From assembly GCF_050182545.1 (NCBI RefSeq), contig NZ_JBFXCD010000002.1, positions 52,850-116,849 of the forward strand: DNA of 64,000 nucleotides. The letters are read 5' to 3'. A program made the translations under genes and the position numbers. Origin of the DNA: Hydrogenophaga sp. (GTDB taxonomy: Bacteria > Pseudomonadota > Gammaproteobacteria > Burkholderiales > Burkholderiaceae_C). Shown one piece after another: positions 12,765 to 24,064 of the stretch (position 1 is the stretch's first letter; each line of letters begins with the position of its first letter). The notes beneath the pieces are model-generated. The model was not told the DNA's origin, searched no databases, and worked only from the letters and a program-made list of their open reading frames with translations.

Positions 12765-12933
12765 GGATGTCCTATAAGACCGCCCGAGGGTCGCAGGAAT
12801 GTGTCAAGGCCAGACCCATGGGCGGTGTGGGCCAGCGAAGTCGGGATTTTAAGGGAGGGGGGGGCAAATCACCAACCCATGGCCCACACCGGATGAAAAC
12901 TTACTGGCTCAGATCAAGAGAATTGACGGATTT

Positions 12934-14226
12934 TCAAGGCCTTTTCCGCCAGACGGCAGCAAAAAAGCCGTCCGTTGCATGCCGATGAGGCCAAAGCCGC
13001 AGCCAGCGGCCTTGTTCGCCCGAACACAGCGCGGCGGCCTCCCCCACCTGCATGGCGGCCAGCAGGTCCGCAACCGCCAGGGGTTCGAAATCGGAATGGG
13101 CCTGCTCAAACGCCTGCGCGACGGCTTCGTTTTCCTGGGGCAACAGGCTGCAGGTGGCATACACCAGCCGCCCGCCCGGCTTGAGCAGGCGCGCCGCGCT
13201 GTGCAGGATCGCCTTCTGCAGTTCGGCCTGGGCGGCAACCGTGGCGGGCGTCTGGCGCCATTTCAGGTCAGGGCTGCGGCGCAGCGTGCCCAGGCCTGAG
13301 CAGGGCGCATCCACCAGAACGCGGTCGATCTTCCCGGCCAGGCGCTTGATGCGGTCGTCGCGCTCGTGGGCAATGGCGACCGGATGCACGTTGGACAGGC
13401 CGCTGCGCGCCAGCCGCGGCTTGAGCGCATCCAGCCGGTGGCCCGAGGTGTCGAAGGCATAGAGCCGGCCGCTGTTGCGCATGGCCGCACCGATGGCCAG
13501 CGTTTTGCCGCCCGCGCCGGCGCAGAAATCCACCACCATCTCGCCCCGTTTGACGTCCACCAGCAGGGCCAGCAGCTGGGATCCCTCGTCCTGGACTTCC
13601 ACCTCGCCCTGAACAAAAGCAGGCACCTTGGCCAGCGAGGGTTTGCCCTGCAGGCGGATCCCCATTGGCGAATAGGGCGTGGGTGCCCCAACCAATCCCG
13701 CCGACTTCAAAGATGTGAGCGCCCCCTCTCGTTTCGACTTCAGCGGGTTCACACGCAGGTCCAGCGGCGCGGGTTGGTTCAGGCTGGCCACCAGCGCATC
13801 GAACTCGCCACCCACCTGTTCACGCAGCGCCTCGGCCAGCCAGTCGGGCAGGTTGTGACGGTGCGGCGCCATCAATTCGGCGTCGGTCACGGCATCACAG
13901 TGGTCGAGCCAGGTCTTCTCCGGCTCGCTCAATGCACTCTTGATGAAGTCGCGGTCGCCGGGAAAGGCCAGGATGGCCAGTCGGCGCCATTTGGAGCCGC
14001 TGCCCGAACGCGCGAGCCACTCCAGTTTCAGGCGCTCGCGCAAGATGGCGTACACGGTGTCGGACAAGGTGGCGCGTTCACGAGGGCCCAGTGACCGATT
14101 TTCGCGAAAGTGGCGGGCGACAACCGCGTCGGCAGGTTGCTCGAACCTGAACACCTGTTCGATCAGGCGGGCGCTTTCGTCCAGAAGGGCTTTGGGATGC
14201 ATGGCCGGTATTGTCCCATCGGGCAT
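12934..14226 (-). CDS. RsmB/NOP2/Sun-family SAM-dependent RNA (m5C) methyltransferase
   Basis: ORF 12934..14511. The real start is probably MPDGTIPAMHPKAL (ATG 14224-14226). It contains DFCAGAGGKT and DAPCSGLGTLRR motifs. Confidence 0.8.
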   Translation of the reverse strand: MPDGTIPAMHPKALLDESARLIEQVFRFEQPADAVVARHFRENRSLGPRERATLSDTVYAILRERLKLEWLARSGSGSKWRRLAILAFPGDRDFIKSALSEPEKTWLDHCDAVTDAELMAPHRHNLPDWLAEALREQVGGEFDALVASLNQPAPLDLRVNPLKSKREGALTSLKSAGLVGAPTPYSPMGIRLQGKPSLAKVPAFVQGEVEVQDEGSQLLALLVDVKRGEMVVDFCAGAGGKTLAIGAAMRNSGRLYAFDTSGHRLDALKPRLARSGLSNVHPVAIAHERDDRIKRLAGKIDRVLVDAPCSGLGTLRRSPDLKWRQTPATVAAQAELQKAILHSAARLLKPGGRLVYATCSLLPQENEAVAQAFEQAHSDFEPLAVADLLAAMQVGEAAALCSGEQGRWLRLWPHRHATDGFFAAVWRKRP

Positions 14227-14251
14227 GGCGCGTCCCCGATAATGCGCGGTT

Positions 14252-15871
<1,620 letters not shown>

Positions 15872-15894
15872 TCCGCGCGCAACTTGCGGACCCC

Positions 15895-16488
15895 TCAACC
15901 TTTCTGCAGCAGCGCCTCGATCGCCCGCGGGTAAATCAGGTGCTCCTGCGTCAGCACCCGCGCGGCCAGCGTCTCGGCGGTGTCGCCCGGCATCACCGGC
16001 ACCACCGCCTGGTCCAGGATCTCGCCGTGATCGAGCTCACTGGTCACACGGTGCACCGTCGCACCGGCAAAGCGGCAGCCCATGTCGATCGCGCGCTGGT
16101 GTGTCTTCAGTCCGGTGAAGGCGGGCAGCAGGCTGGGATGGATGTTGACCAGGCGGCCTTCGTAGTGCCGCACGAAACCTGGGGTGAGGATGCGCATGAA
16201 GCCGGCCAGCACCACCAGCCCGGGTTCGTGCCGATCGATCCCGGACATCAGGGCGGCATCAAAATCTTCGCGGCTGGCGTAGGCGGTATGGTCCAGCGCG
16301 GCGGTGGCGATGCCTTGCGCTTTCGCCCACACCAGCCCCTGGGCGGCGGCCTTGTTGCTGATCACGGCCGCCACGCGCGCGCCAAAGCGCGTCTGCCAGC
16401 GCTGCGTCCGGGCGGTCTCCACGATGGCAGCCATGTTGGATCCGCTGCCGGAGATCAGAATCACGATGTTTTTGTTCACGCCAGACAT
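15895..16488 (-). CDS. purN: phosphoribosylglycinamide formyltransferase
   Basis: ORF 15895..16587. The start is taken at [19 protein letters not shown]. It contains NIHPSLLP. Confidence 0.9.
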   Translation of the reverse strand: MSGVNKNIVILISGSGSNMAAIVETARTQRWQTRFGARVAAVISNKAAAQGLVWAKAQGIATAALDHTAYASREDFDAALMSGIDRHEPGLVVLAGFMRILTPGFVRHYEGRLVNIHPSLLPAFTGLKTHQRAIDMGCRFAGATVHRVTSELDHGEILDQAVVPVMPGDTAETLAARVLTQEHLIYPRAIEALLQKG

Positions 16489-16502
16489 GGCCGGGAAGTG
16501 TA

Positions 16503-17234
16503 ATGACCTCAGACCTGCAGACCTCCTCAGCCGGCCGCCCGCGCGGCCATGATTTTCAACAGCGCCCGCTCTCACCGGCCGAGGCACGCGTGCTCGGCAC
16601 CCTGATGGAAAAGGCGCGCACCGTGCCCGACAGCTACCCGCTGACGCTCAACGCGCTGGTGACGGGCTGCAACCAGAAGTCCAGCCGCGAGCCGGTGATG
16701 AACCTGGCCGATGCCGCTGTGCTGGAGGCGCTCGACACGCTGCGCAGCCTGCACATGGTGCTTGAGGGCAGCGGCAGCCGCGTCACGCGCTACGAACACA
16801 ACTTCCCCCGCGCGGCGGGCGTGCCCGACCAGTCGGCCGTGCTGCTGGGCATGCTGATGCTGCGCGGCCCGCAGACCGCCGGTGAACTGCGCCTGAACAC
16901 CGAGCGCTGGTACAAGTTCCTCGACATCGCCTCGGTCGATGGCTTTCTGGAAGAACTGCAGGAGCGCAGCGCAGACAAGGGCGGCCCGCTGGTGGTGAAG
17001 CTGCCGCGCGCACCGGGCGCGCGCGAACAGCGCTGGGCCCACCTGCTGTGCGGTCCCGTGGATGTGGCTGCCCTGACGACGAACCCGTCCACCCAGGGCA
17101 GTGCTGCCACCGAAGACGAACTGATTGCCCTCACCCGGCGCCTGGCCACGCTGGAAAACACCGTGGCCGCCCTGCAGGACCAGCTGCAGAATCTGAACGA
17201 GCAGCTCGGCTTGTCGCAGCCCGGACAGCCATAA
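16503..17234 (+). CDS. YceH/DUF480-family protein
   Basis: ORF 16503..17234. [31 protein letters not shown] resembles the E. coli YceH N-terminus. Confidence 0.75.
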   Translation: MTSDLQTSSAGRPRGHDFQQRPLSPAEARVLGTLMEKARTVPDSYPLTLNALVTGCNQKSSREPVMNLADAAVLEALDTLRSLHMVLEGSGSRVTRYEHNFPRAAGVPDQSAVLLGMLMLRGPQTAGELRLNTERWYKFLDIASVDGFLEELQERSADKGGPLVVKLPRAPGAREQRWAHLLCGPVDVAALTTNPSTQGSAATEDELIALTRRLATLENTVAALQDQLQNLNEQLGLSQPGQP

Positions 17235-17313
17235 AACGAACGGTCGTGCGAAACTGGCCGGCGTTGTTCAATTTGCCGGCACCTCCGCGGTGCCGGCCAC
17301 CAGGAGACATCCC

Positions 17314-18495
17314 ATGGATTTGGCATTCACGCCCGAGGAACAGGCGTTTCGCGAGGAGATCCGCGGTTGGGTCAAGGCCAACCTGCCCGCCGAGATTTCC
17401 CACAAGGTCCACAACGCCCTGCGCCTCACACGCGACGACATGCAGCGCTGGGCCAAGATTCTGGGCAAGAAGGGCTGGCTCGGCTGGGGCTGGCCCAAGG
17501 AATTCGGCGGCCCGGGCTGGAACGCCGTGCAGAAGCACCTGTTCGAGGAAGAGTGTGCCCTGGCGGGAGCGCCCCGCGTGGTGCCGTTCGGCCCCGTGAT
17601 GGTCGCGCCCGTGATCATGGCGTTCGGCAACAAGGCGCAACAGGAACGCTTTCTGCCCGGCATCGCCAGCGGCGAGGTCTGGTGGAGCCAGGGCTACAGC
17701 GAACCCGGTTCGGGCTCGGATCTCGCATCGGTGAAATGCCGCGCCGAGCGCAAGGGCGACAAGTACATCGTCAACGGCCAGAAAACCTGGACCACGCTGG
17801 GCCAGTATGGCGAGTGGATCTTCTGCCTCGTGCGCACCAGCAACGAAGGCAAGCCGCAGACCGGCATCTCCTTCCTGCTGATCGACATGAAGTCGCCCGG
17901 CGTCTCGGTGCGCCCCATCAAGCTGCTGGACGGCGAGTGCGAGGTCAACGAAGTCTGGTTCGACAACGTCGAAGTGCCAGCCGAGAACCTGATCGGCGAA
18001 GAGAACAAGGGCTGGACCTACGCGAAGCACCTGCTCAGCCACGAGCGCACCAACATCGCCGACGTGAACCGCGCCAAGCGCGAGCTCGAACGCCTCAAGC
18101 GCATCGCCAAGGCCGAAGGCGTCTGGGACGACCTTCGCTTTCGCGACCAGATCGCGCTGCTCGAAGTCGATGTGGTCGCGCTGGAAATGCTGGTGCTGCG
18201 CGTGCTCTCGGCCGAGAAGTCGGGCAAGAACTCGCTCGACATCGCCGGCCTGCTCAAGATCAAGGGCAGCGAGATCCAGCAGCGCTACAGCGAACTCATG
18301 ATGCTCGCGGCCGGCCCCTACAGCCTGCCCTTCATCGAGGAAGCCATGGAGGCCGGCTGGCAGGGCGATTTCCCCGGCGGTGTCAACGCCAACGCGCCAC
18401 TGGCATCCACCTACTTCAACCTGCGCAAGACCACCATCTACGGTGGCTCGAACGAGGTTCAACGCAACATCGTCGCGCAGACGGTTCTGGGCTGA
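17314..18495 (+). CDS. acyl-CoA dehydrogenase family protein (first of an adjacent pair)
   Basis: ORF 17290..18495. The start is MDLAFTPEEQAFREEI, with an AGGAGA SD upstream. Confidence 0.85.
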   Translation: MDLAFTPEEQAFREEIRGWVKANLPAEISHKVHNALRLTRDDMQRWAKILGKKGWLGWGWPKEFGGPGWNAVQKHLFEEECALAGAPRVVPFGPVMVAPVIMAFGNKAQQERFLPGIASGEVWWSQGYSEPGSGSDLASVKCRAERKGDKYIVNGQKTWTTLGQYGEWIFCLVRTSNEGKPQTGISFLLIDMKSPGVSVRPIKLLDGECEVNEVWFDNVEVPAENLIGEENKGWTYAKHLLSHERTNIADVNRAKRELERLKRIAKAEGVWDDLRFRDQIALLEVDVVALEMLVLRVLSAEKSGKNSLDIAGLLKIKGSEIQQRYSELMMLAAGPYSLPFIEEAMEAGWQGDFPGGVNANAPLASTYFNLRKTTIYGGSNEVQRNIVAQTVLG

Positions 18496-18505
18496 GGAGA
18501 CACAC

Positions 18506-19621
18506 ATGGATTTCGATTTTTCCGACGACCAGGCCGCCCTGCGCGACGCCGTTCAGAAGTGGGTGGAGAAGGCCTACACCTTCGAGCGGCGCAATGCCAT
18601 CGTGGCCGCGGGCGGCTTTGACCGGGCCGCGTATGGCGAACTCGCCGAGCTCGGCCTGGCCGGCCTGTACGTGAGCGAGGGCGACGGCGGTCTGGGCATG
18701 GGGCCGGTCGAAGGCATGGTGGTGATGGAGGAGCTGGGCCGCGGCATCGTGCTCGAACCGCTCGCCCAGACCCTGATCGCCTCGGGCCTGCTCGGCGGCT
18801 ACGCACCCGCGAATCTCAAGGCCAGCTGGCTGCCACGCGTGGCCTCGGGCGAGGCGCTGGTGGTGCTCGCACAGCAGGAACGCAAGGCGCGCTACCGGCT
18901 CGACATCTGCGCCACCACCGCCACCCAGGCGGGCAAGGGCTGGACGCTGTCGGGCACCAAGAACCTCGTCCCGGTGGCCGACCAGGCCGACGCCTTCATC
19001 GTGCCCGCCATGGCCGGCGGCCAGCTTGCCCTGTTCCTGGTGGAGCGCACCGCCACGGGCGTGGCCACACGCGGCCACCGCACGCAGGATGGTGGCCGCG
19101 CCGGTGACCTGACGCTGAAGGACGCACCCGCACAGCTCATCACCACCGACGGCCAGACCGCGCTGGAACACGGCGTGGACATCGGCATCGCGGCCACCTG
19201 CGCCGAAGCCGTGGGCGTGATGGACAAGACGCTGGCCATCACCGTCGAATACATGAACACGCGCAAGCAGTTCGGCGTGACCATCGCCAGCTTCCAGGCG
19301 CTGCGCCACCGGGTGGCCGACATGAAGATGCAGCTGGAGCTGGCCCGCTCCATGAGCTACTACGCCAGCCTCAAGCTCAACGCGCCCACGGCGGAACGCC
19401 GCGCCGCCATGGCGCGCGCCAAGGTGCAGCTGGGCACGGCCATGCGCTTCGTGGGCCAGCAGGCGGTGCAGTTGCACGGTGGCATCGGCGTGACCGACGA
19501 GTACATCGTGAGCCACTACTTCAAGAAGCTGACCCAGCTGGAGATGAGCCACGGCGACACCCTGCACCACCTCGGGGAGGTGTCCAGCCGGATGCAGGAC
19601 ACGGCCGGCGTGTTCGCCTGA
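18506..19621 (+). CDS. acyl-CoA dehydrogenase family protein (second of the pair)
   Basis: ORF 18380..19621. The start is MDFDFSDDQAALRDAV (ATG 18506), with a GAGGAGA SD. It begins 10 nt after the upstream stop. Confidence 0.85.
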   Translation: MDFDFSDDQAALRDAVQKWVEKAYTFERRNAIVAAGGFDRAAYGELAELGLAGLYVSEGDGGLGMGPVEGMVVMEELGRGIVLEPLAQTLIASGLLGGYAPANLKASWLPRVASGEALVVLAQQERKARYRLDICATTATQAGKGWTLSGTKNLVPVADQADAFIVPAMAGGQLALFLVERTATGVATRGHRTQDGGRAGDLTLKDAPAQLITTDGQTALEHGVDIGIAATCAEAVGVMDKTLAITVEYMNTRKQFGVTIASFQALRHRVADMKMQLELARSMSYYASLKLNAPTAERRAAMARAKVQLGTAMRFVGQQAVQLHGGIGVTDEYIVSHYFKKLTQLEMSHGDTLHHLGEVSSRMQDTAGVFA

Positions 19622-19627
19622 TCCCCC

Positions 19628-19663
19628 AGAACGGCCCGCACCACGCGGGCCGTTCTGTTTCTG
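19628..19663 (+). terminator. hairpin after the ACAD pair
   Basis: A 12-bp perfect stem, AGAACGGCCCGC/GCGGGCCGTTCT (loop ACCAC), followed by GTTTCTG. The U tract is weak. Confidence 0.4.
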
Positions 19664-19691
19664 CCGCCGACAACAACACCCGGAGACCACC

Positions 19692-21068
19692 ATGACCACC
19701 CGCCGCCACGTTCTGGCCCTCGCCGCCAGCAGCCTCTTGCTCGCCGCGTGTGCCAGCGCCCCGCCAGCCACCGGGCAGCCACCCGTCGTCTTCGTCCACG
19801 GCAACGGTGATTCGGCCTCGATCTGGCAGACCACGGTGTGGCGCTTCGAGGCAAACGGCTGGCCACGTGAACGCCTGCACGCCATCGACCTGCCCTACCC
19901 GCTGGCGCGCGACGACGACGGCAAGCCCCAACCCGGACGCACCTCGACCACCGAGCACATGGCCTTCCTCAAGGCCGAGGTGGACAAGGTGCTGCAGCGC
20001 ACCGGCGCAAAGCAGGTGGTGCTGGTAGGCAACTCCCGTGGCGGCAACGCGATCCGCAACTACATCCAGAACGGGGGTGGTGACAAGACCGTGAGCCACG
20101 CGATACTGGGCGGCACGCCCAACCACGGCGTCTGGGCCGCCAAGGGCTTTCGCGAAGGCAACGAGTTCTCGGGCACAGGGCCGTTCCTGACCGCACTCAA
20201 CGCACCCAAGAACGCCGCGGGCGACGAGGTCGCCGGGCCGGTGCAATGGATGACCATCCGCTCGGACAACAACGACAAGTTCGCCCAGCCCGACGGCCTG
20301 TGGATCGGCGCCAAGGGCACACCGACCAACGTCACCTTTGAAGGGCCCGCGCTCAAGGGCGCGCACAACGTGGTGCTGCCGCGGGTCGATCACCGCGAAA
20401 CCTCGTTCTCGCCGGCCGCCTTCGATGCCACCTGGCGCTTCATCACAGGGCGCTCGCCGGTGACGGTGAACGTCCCGGCCCTCGCGCCGGTGGTGCTCAA
20501 CGGCAAGCTCACCGGCCTGGGTCTGAATCCGTCCGATCCGGCCTCGGGCAACTACGCCAACAACCTGCCCCTGCCCGGCGCGCAGCTCGCGGTGTACGCC
20601 ACCGACCCGGCCACCGGCGAACGCAAGGGCGCGCCAGTGCACAGCAAGACCGTCGGCGCCGACGGCCTCTGGGGACCCTTCACGGCACAGGCCGGCGTCC
20701 CCTACGAGTTCGTCATCAGCGCACCCGGCTACGCCACCACCCACATCTACCGCAGCCCGTTTCCGCGTTCCAGCGAACTGATCCACCTGCGCGCCGAACG
20801 CATCGCCGCAGCCGACAAGGAGGCCAAGTCCATCGTGACCTTCACGCGACCACGTGGCTACTTTGACGCGCAGCGAGACAGGATGAGCTTCGACGGCAAG
20901 GCACTGCCTGGCGTGCCGCCTGCCGGTGCCGGCCTGTCCAGCGCCAGGATCAAATTGATGGAAAACGGCGTGCGCGCCATCACGGCAGAGTTCAACGGCG
21001 AGAAGATCGCGGGCCGCACCTGGCCTGCGGCGGACAACCGGGTGGTCGTCCTTGAACTGACCTATTGA
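19692..21068 (+). CDS. exported alpha/beta-hydrolase (lipase-like) lipoprotein
   Basis: ORF 19692..21068. MTTRRHVLALAASSLLLAAC has a Tat-like RR and a lipobox. It also contains VVFVHGNGDS and a GNSRGG nucleophile elbow. Confidence 0.7.
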   Translation: MTTRRHVLALAASSLLLAACASAPPATGQPPVVFVHGNGDSASIWQTTVWRFEANGWPRERLHAIDLPYPLARDDDGKPQPGRTSTTEHMAFLKAEVDKVLQRTGAKQVVLVGNSRGGNAIRNYIQNGGGDKTVSHAILGGTPNHGVWAAKGFREGNEFSGTGPFLTALNAPKNAAGDEVAGPVQWMTIRSDNNDKFAQPDGLWIGAKGTPTNVTFEGPALKGAHNVVLPRVDHRETSFSPAAFDATWRFITGRSPVTVNVPALAPVVLNGKLTGLGLNPSDPASGNYANNLPLPGAQLAVYATDPATGERKGAPVHSKTVGADGLWGPFTAQAGVPYEFVISAPGYATTHIYRSPFPRSSELIHLRAERIAAADKEAKSIVTFTRPRGYFDAQRDRMSFDGKALPGVPPAGAGLSSARIKLMENGVRAITAEFNGEKIAGRTWPAADNRVVVLELTY

Positions 21069-21082
21069 CGGCTCTCCCGGAC

Positions 21083-21640
21083 TCAGGCGTGCAGGCGCGA
21101 GGTCTTGGGCAGGTGCGACATCAGGAACTCCATCTGGTCGGCCAGGATGCGCCGGTTGCGCAGGATGAAGTCCTCCCACAGGCTGGGCACGTAGGGCGCG
21201 TACAGCAGCCCCATGTGCGCCTGCTCCGGCGTGCGGTTGCCCTTGCGGTGATTGCACGACTTGCAGGCCGTCACCACGTTCATCCACGTGTCGCGCCCGT
21301 TCTGCCCCAGGGGCACGATGTGCTCGCGCGTCAGCACCTCTTCATGGAAATGCTCGCCGCAGTAGGCGCACACATTGCGATCGCGCGCGAACAGCTTGCT
21401 GTTGGTCAGCGTGGGGCGCAGGTCGAACGGGTTGATGCGCGGCACCCCCTGGGTGCCGATGATGGAATTGACGTTGATGATCGACTGGCGCCCGGTGATC
21501 GCGTTGTGCCCGCCATGGAACACCGCCACCTCGGCCCCCATCTCCCAGCGCACCTCGTCCGCGGCGTAATGCAGCACGGCTTCTTCGAGGCTGATCCACG
21601 ACTGTGGCAGCCCCTGGGCGGAGAGCTTCAAGACCTTCAA
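21083..21640 (-). CDS. HNH endonuclease family protein
   Basis: ORF 21083..21667 contains CAYCG...REHIVP...NVVTACKSCNHRKGNRTP. I prefer the TTG start at 21640 because an AAGGAG SD (21647-21652) lies 6 nt upstream. Confidence 0.8.
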   Translation of the reverse strand: MKVLKLSAQGLPQSWISLEEAVLHYAADEVRWEMGAEVAVFHGGHNAITGRQSIINVNSIIGTQGVPRINPFDLRPTLTNSKLFARDRNVCAYCGEHFHEEVLTREHIVPLGQNGRDTWMNVVTACKSCNHRKGNRTPEQAHMGLLYAPYVPSLWEDFILRNRRILADQMEFLMSHLPKTSRLHA

Positions 21641-22004
21641 GACGGGCTCCTTCAAGTGAACACGCAACTGGAAGGGACGGCCCTGCGAAGCCGTCCAGCG
21701 GCCGCCGGCCTGGCCTGCGGGCGCATATCATCGTGTGCCAATATAGCAAGACTTTAAGACGGCCGACTTATGAAGGCCAAAGCACAATAACCTACGGCTA
21801 TCGAAGGTCATGTGTTTTGCTCGCGCAACACATCAAACACCACCCGCTGCGCCCGCGATGTCGCAAGGCTGCAAGACTGGTTGCGGTGCCTAGCTACGGT
21901 GACTGACTACAGCCAATAGCAGTCCATCGCGATGATGGGACAAGGGACTGTCTTGGATTGATCTGCAACGGTCCAACTTGGCCTGGAAGCAAAATGGCCA
22001 GCAG

Positions 22005-22487
22005 TCAACGGCGGGACCGCCCAAGCAGCAATTGCACCGCGACAAACCCGGCGCCCACAGCTGCCCCCAAACCAGGAAAAATGACAAGGTTGTCTGCGAT
22101 CAGTGGCGCCTGGTTGAACATCAAAGAGACCGCACTCGTGCACACGCCGAGCATCGAACCGATGTAGATTGGCGTTGCCTTTCGAAGCAGCCAGCGCAAC
22201 TTGGGCGTGGCTGCCAACGCTAGCAAGCCTCCTGCGAGCAGCAGCATCACCATCAGGCGCACACCAAACAGCCAAGCGATCAGCAACCCAATCGCGACTA
22301 GCGCGAAGCGAAGCGGAAGGTGTGCGGACTCTTCCTCAGAGGATGCTTGCCGATTGCGCAAGTCGTCTGCGAAGCGCTGGTTTTGCCCTTCGCTGCGCCC
22401 CATGGACTCGGCTAAGTTTTTCGGCGGTGCGATTGGTGTGCCCGAATACCCGTCACGCATTCCACGTTGATTGTCTTCGAATGTCAT
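22005..22487 (-). CDS. hypothetical small membrane protein (about 160 aa, roughly 4 predicted TM segments) in a low-GC islet
   Basis: ORF 22005..22592. The start is MTFEDNQRG (ATG 22485-22487), with an AAGGAA SD. A hydrophilic N-terminus is followed by hydrophobic stretches. I recognise no family. Confidence 0.55.
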   Translation of the reverse strand: MTFEDNQRGMRDGYSGTPIAPPKNLAESMGRSEGQNQRFADDLRNRQASSEEESAHLPLRFALVAIGLLIAWLFGVRLMVMLLLAGGLLALAATPKLRWLLRKATPIYIGSMLGVCTSAVSLMFNQAPLIADNLVIFPGLGAAVGAGFVAVQLLLGRSRR

Positions 22488-22901
22488 GTTGATTCCTTTC
22501 GCATGGCAACGCCGCCGAACTGTTCGCGACCGGGTCGACGGACAGTAGCCCGCGCTCTTGCTGCCTACTTGAGCCCTGTCGAACAGGACCACCCAAGCCT
22601 CAAAAAAGTCCGCACCGGCACATTACCAGTTCAGACGACGCCAGGCCATCAACAATTCGGATCAGTAGACGTCACCAGAAACGGGAAGCCTCATTTTTTG
22701 GGCTAGTACTGCGGGGAATGCTTTCACGCAATCCAGGCCGAAAGCTGTCCTCGTAGCCGAGGCAGCGACTGGCACGAAGTAGACTTCGATCCACGTCACT
22801 TGGCGCTGAAGACCGCCAGTCAAAAAAACAAGCTTTGATGACTCGGCCCCGCGCCGTGCCCAATAAGGCACCGGGACCGCCCTTCCAACCCCTCGCACGG
22901 C

Positions 22902-23966
22902 ATGAAAATCTTTCGCGGTTTGCGCACCCAGCCCGACAGCCCGGGGGGCTGCGCACTGACCATTGGCAACTTCGACGGTGTGCACCGTGGCCACCAGGCC
23001 ATGCTGGCGCTGCTCATCAACGAAGCGCGGCACCGCGGCGTGCCCAGCTGCGTCATGACCTTCGAGCCGCACCCGCGCGACTATTTTGCGGCGCTGCACC
23101 ACAAGCCCGAACTGGCGCCCGCGCGCATTGCCACGCTGCGCGACAAGCTGCAGGAGCTGGAACGCTGCGGCGTCGACGAGTGCCTGGTGCTGCCCTTCAA
23201 TGCCCGCCTGGCCAGCCAGTCCCCCGGGTCCTTCATCGAGGACACGCTGGTGCGCGCGCTGGGGGTGAAGTACGTGCTCGTGGGCGACGATTTCCGCTTT
23301 GGCGCCAAACGCGCGGGCGACTACGCCATGCTTGACGCCGCGAGCGGCCGCCTCGGTTTCGACGTGGCGCGCATGCAGAGCTACGAGGTGCACGGGCTGC
23401 GCGTGTCCAGTTCGGCGGTGCGCGAGGCCCTGGGCGAGGGACGCATGGACGACGTGGCCGCGCTGCTCGGTCGGCCCTACAGCATCAGCGGCCATGTGGT
23501 GCACGGCCGCAAGCTGGGCCGCCAGCTGGCCGAGACCGCACCGGGACGCGGCGACGGCTTTCGCACCCTCAACCTGCGTTTCTCGCACTGGAAACCCGCC
23601 GCCAGCGGCATCTTCGCGGTGCACGTGCACGGGCTGGGTCCGCACGCGGACTCTCCCCCGCTGCCAGGTGTGGCCAACCTCGGCGTGCGCCCTTCGCTGG
23701 ATCCGGACGACGTCAACGGCGGGCGTGTGCTGCTGGAGACCCATTGCCTCGAATGGCCTGCGGCGCTGGCCGCCAGCCTGCCCGGGGGGGAGGCCTACGG
23801 TAAAATCGTGCGCGTGGAACTGCTGCACAAACTGCACGACGAGCTGAAATACGACGGCCTCGACGCCCTGACCCAGGGCATCGCCCGGGACAGCGACGAC
23901 GCACGCGCGTTCTTTGCGTCGCTGCACACGCAAACCCACCGGCAGACCACCCGCGACCGAATTTAG
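22902..23966 (+). CDS. ribF: bifunctional riboflavin kinase / FAD synthetase
   Basis: ORF 22902..23966 contains ALTIGNFDGVHRGHQAML and the C-terminal kinase motif PGVANLGVRP. Confidence 0.9.
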   Translation: MKIFRGLRTQPDSPGGCALTIGNFDGVHRGHQAMLALLINEARHRGVPSCVMTFEPHPRDYFAALHHKPELAPARIATLRDKLQELERCGVDECLVLPFNARLASQSPGSFIEDTLVRALGVKYVLVGDDFRFGAKRAGDYAMLDAASGRLGFDVARMQSYEVHGLRVSSSAVREALGEGRMDDVAALLGRPYSISGHVVHGRKLGRQLAETAPGRGDGFRTLNLRFSHWKPAASGIFAVHVHGLGPHADSPPLPGVANLGVRPSLDPDDVNGGRVLLETHCLEWPAALAASLPGGEAYGKIVRVELLHKLHDELKYDGLDALTQGIARDSDDARAFFASLHTQTHRQTTRDRI

Positions 23967-23991
23967 ACGATCCGTCTGCCCGGTCGCCGCC

Positions 23992-24064
23992 CTTCGACAG
24001 GCTCAGGGCGAACGGTGTCGCCCCCAGTTCCCGCACTCCCCCGCACGGGCTGAGCTTGTCGAAG
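23992..24064 (+). repeat. compound hairpin / palindromic element in the ribF-ileS spacer
   Basis: CTTCGACAGGCTCAG (23992-24006) pairs with CTGAGCTTGTCGAAG (24050-24064): 14 WC pairs plus 1 G:T. An inner hairpin GGGCGA/TCGCCC lies at 24007-24024. Confidence 0.5.

Noticed and set aside
21809-21892. A 27-codon Cys-containing small ORF (MCFARATHQTPPAAPAMSQGCKTGCGA), along with other tiny ORFs in the low-GC spacer.
   Set aside because: It has no properly spaced SD (GAAGG lies only 2 nt from the ATG). I have no conservation evidence available. ORFs this short are expected by chance.
21083-22592. The HNH endonuclease plus adjacent membrane protein as a possible two-gene defence or toxin module.
   Set aside because: From memory, the HNH protein family is a widely conserved single gene in Proteobacteria. 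The two genes are separated by about 360 bp of non-coding DNA and differ in composition. No partner typical of defence systems (methylase, ATPase, and so on) is present. It is kept only as a low-GC islet observation.
22488-22901. A possible FMN riboswitch or other known leader upstream of ribF.
   Set aside because: I could not find the conserved FMN-element core sequences, and FMN riboswitches normally precede ribB/ribD/transporter genes rather than ribF. The region is left as unexplained low-GC DNA; see the finding on the low-GC islet.
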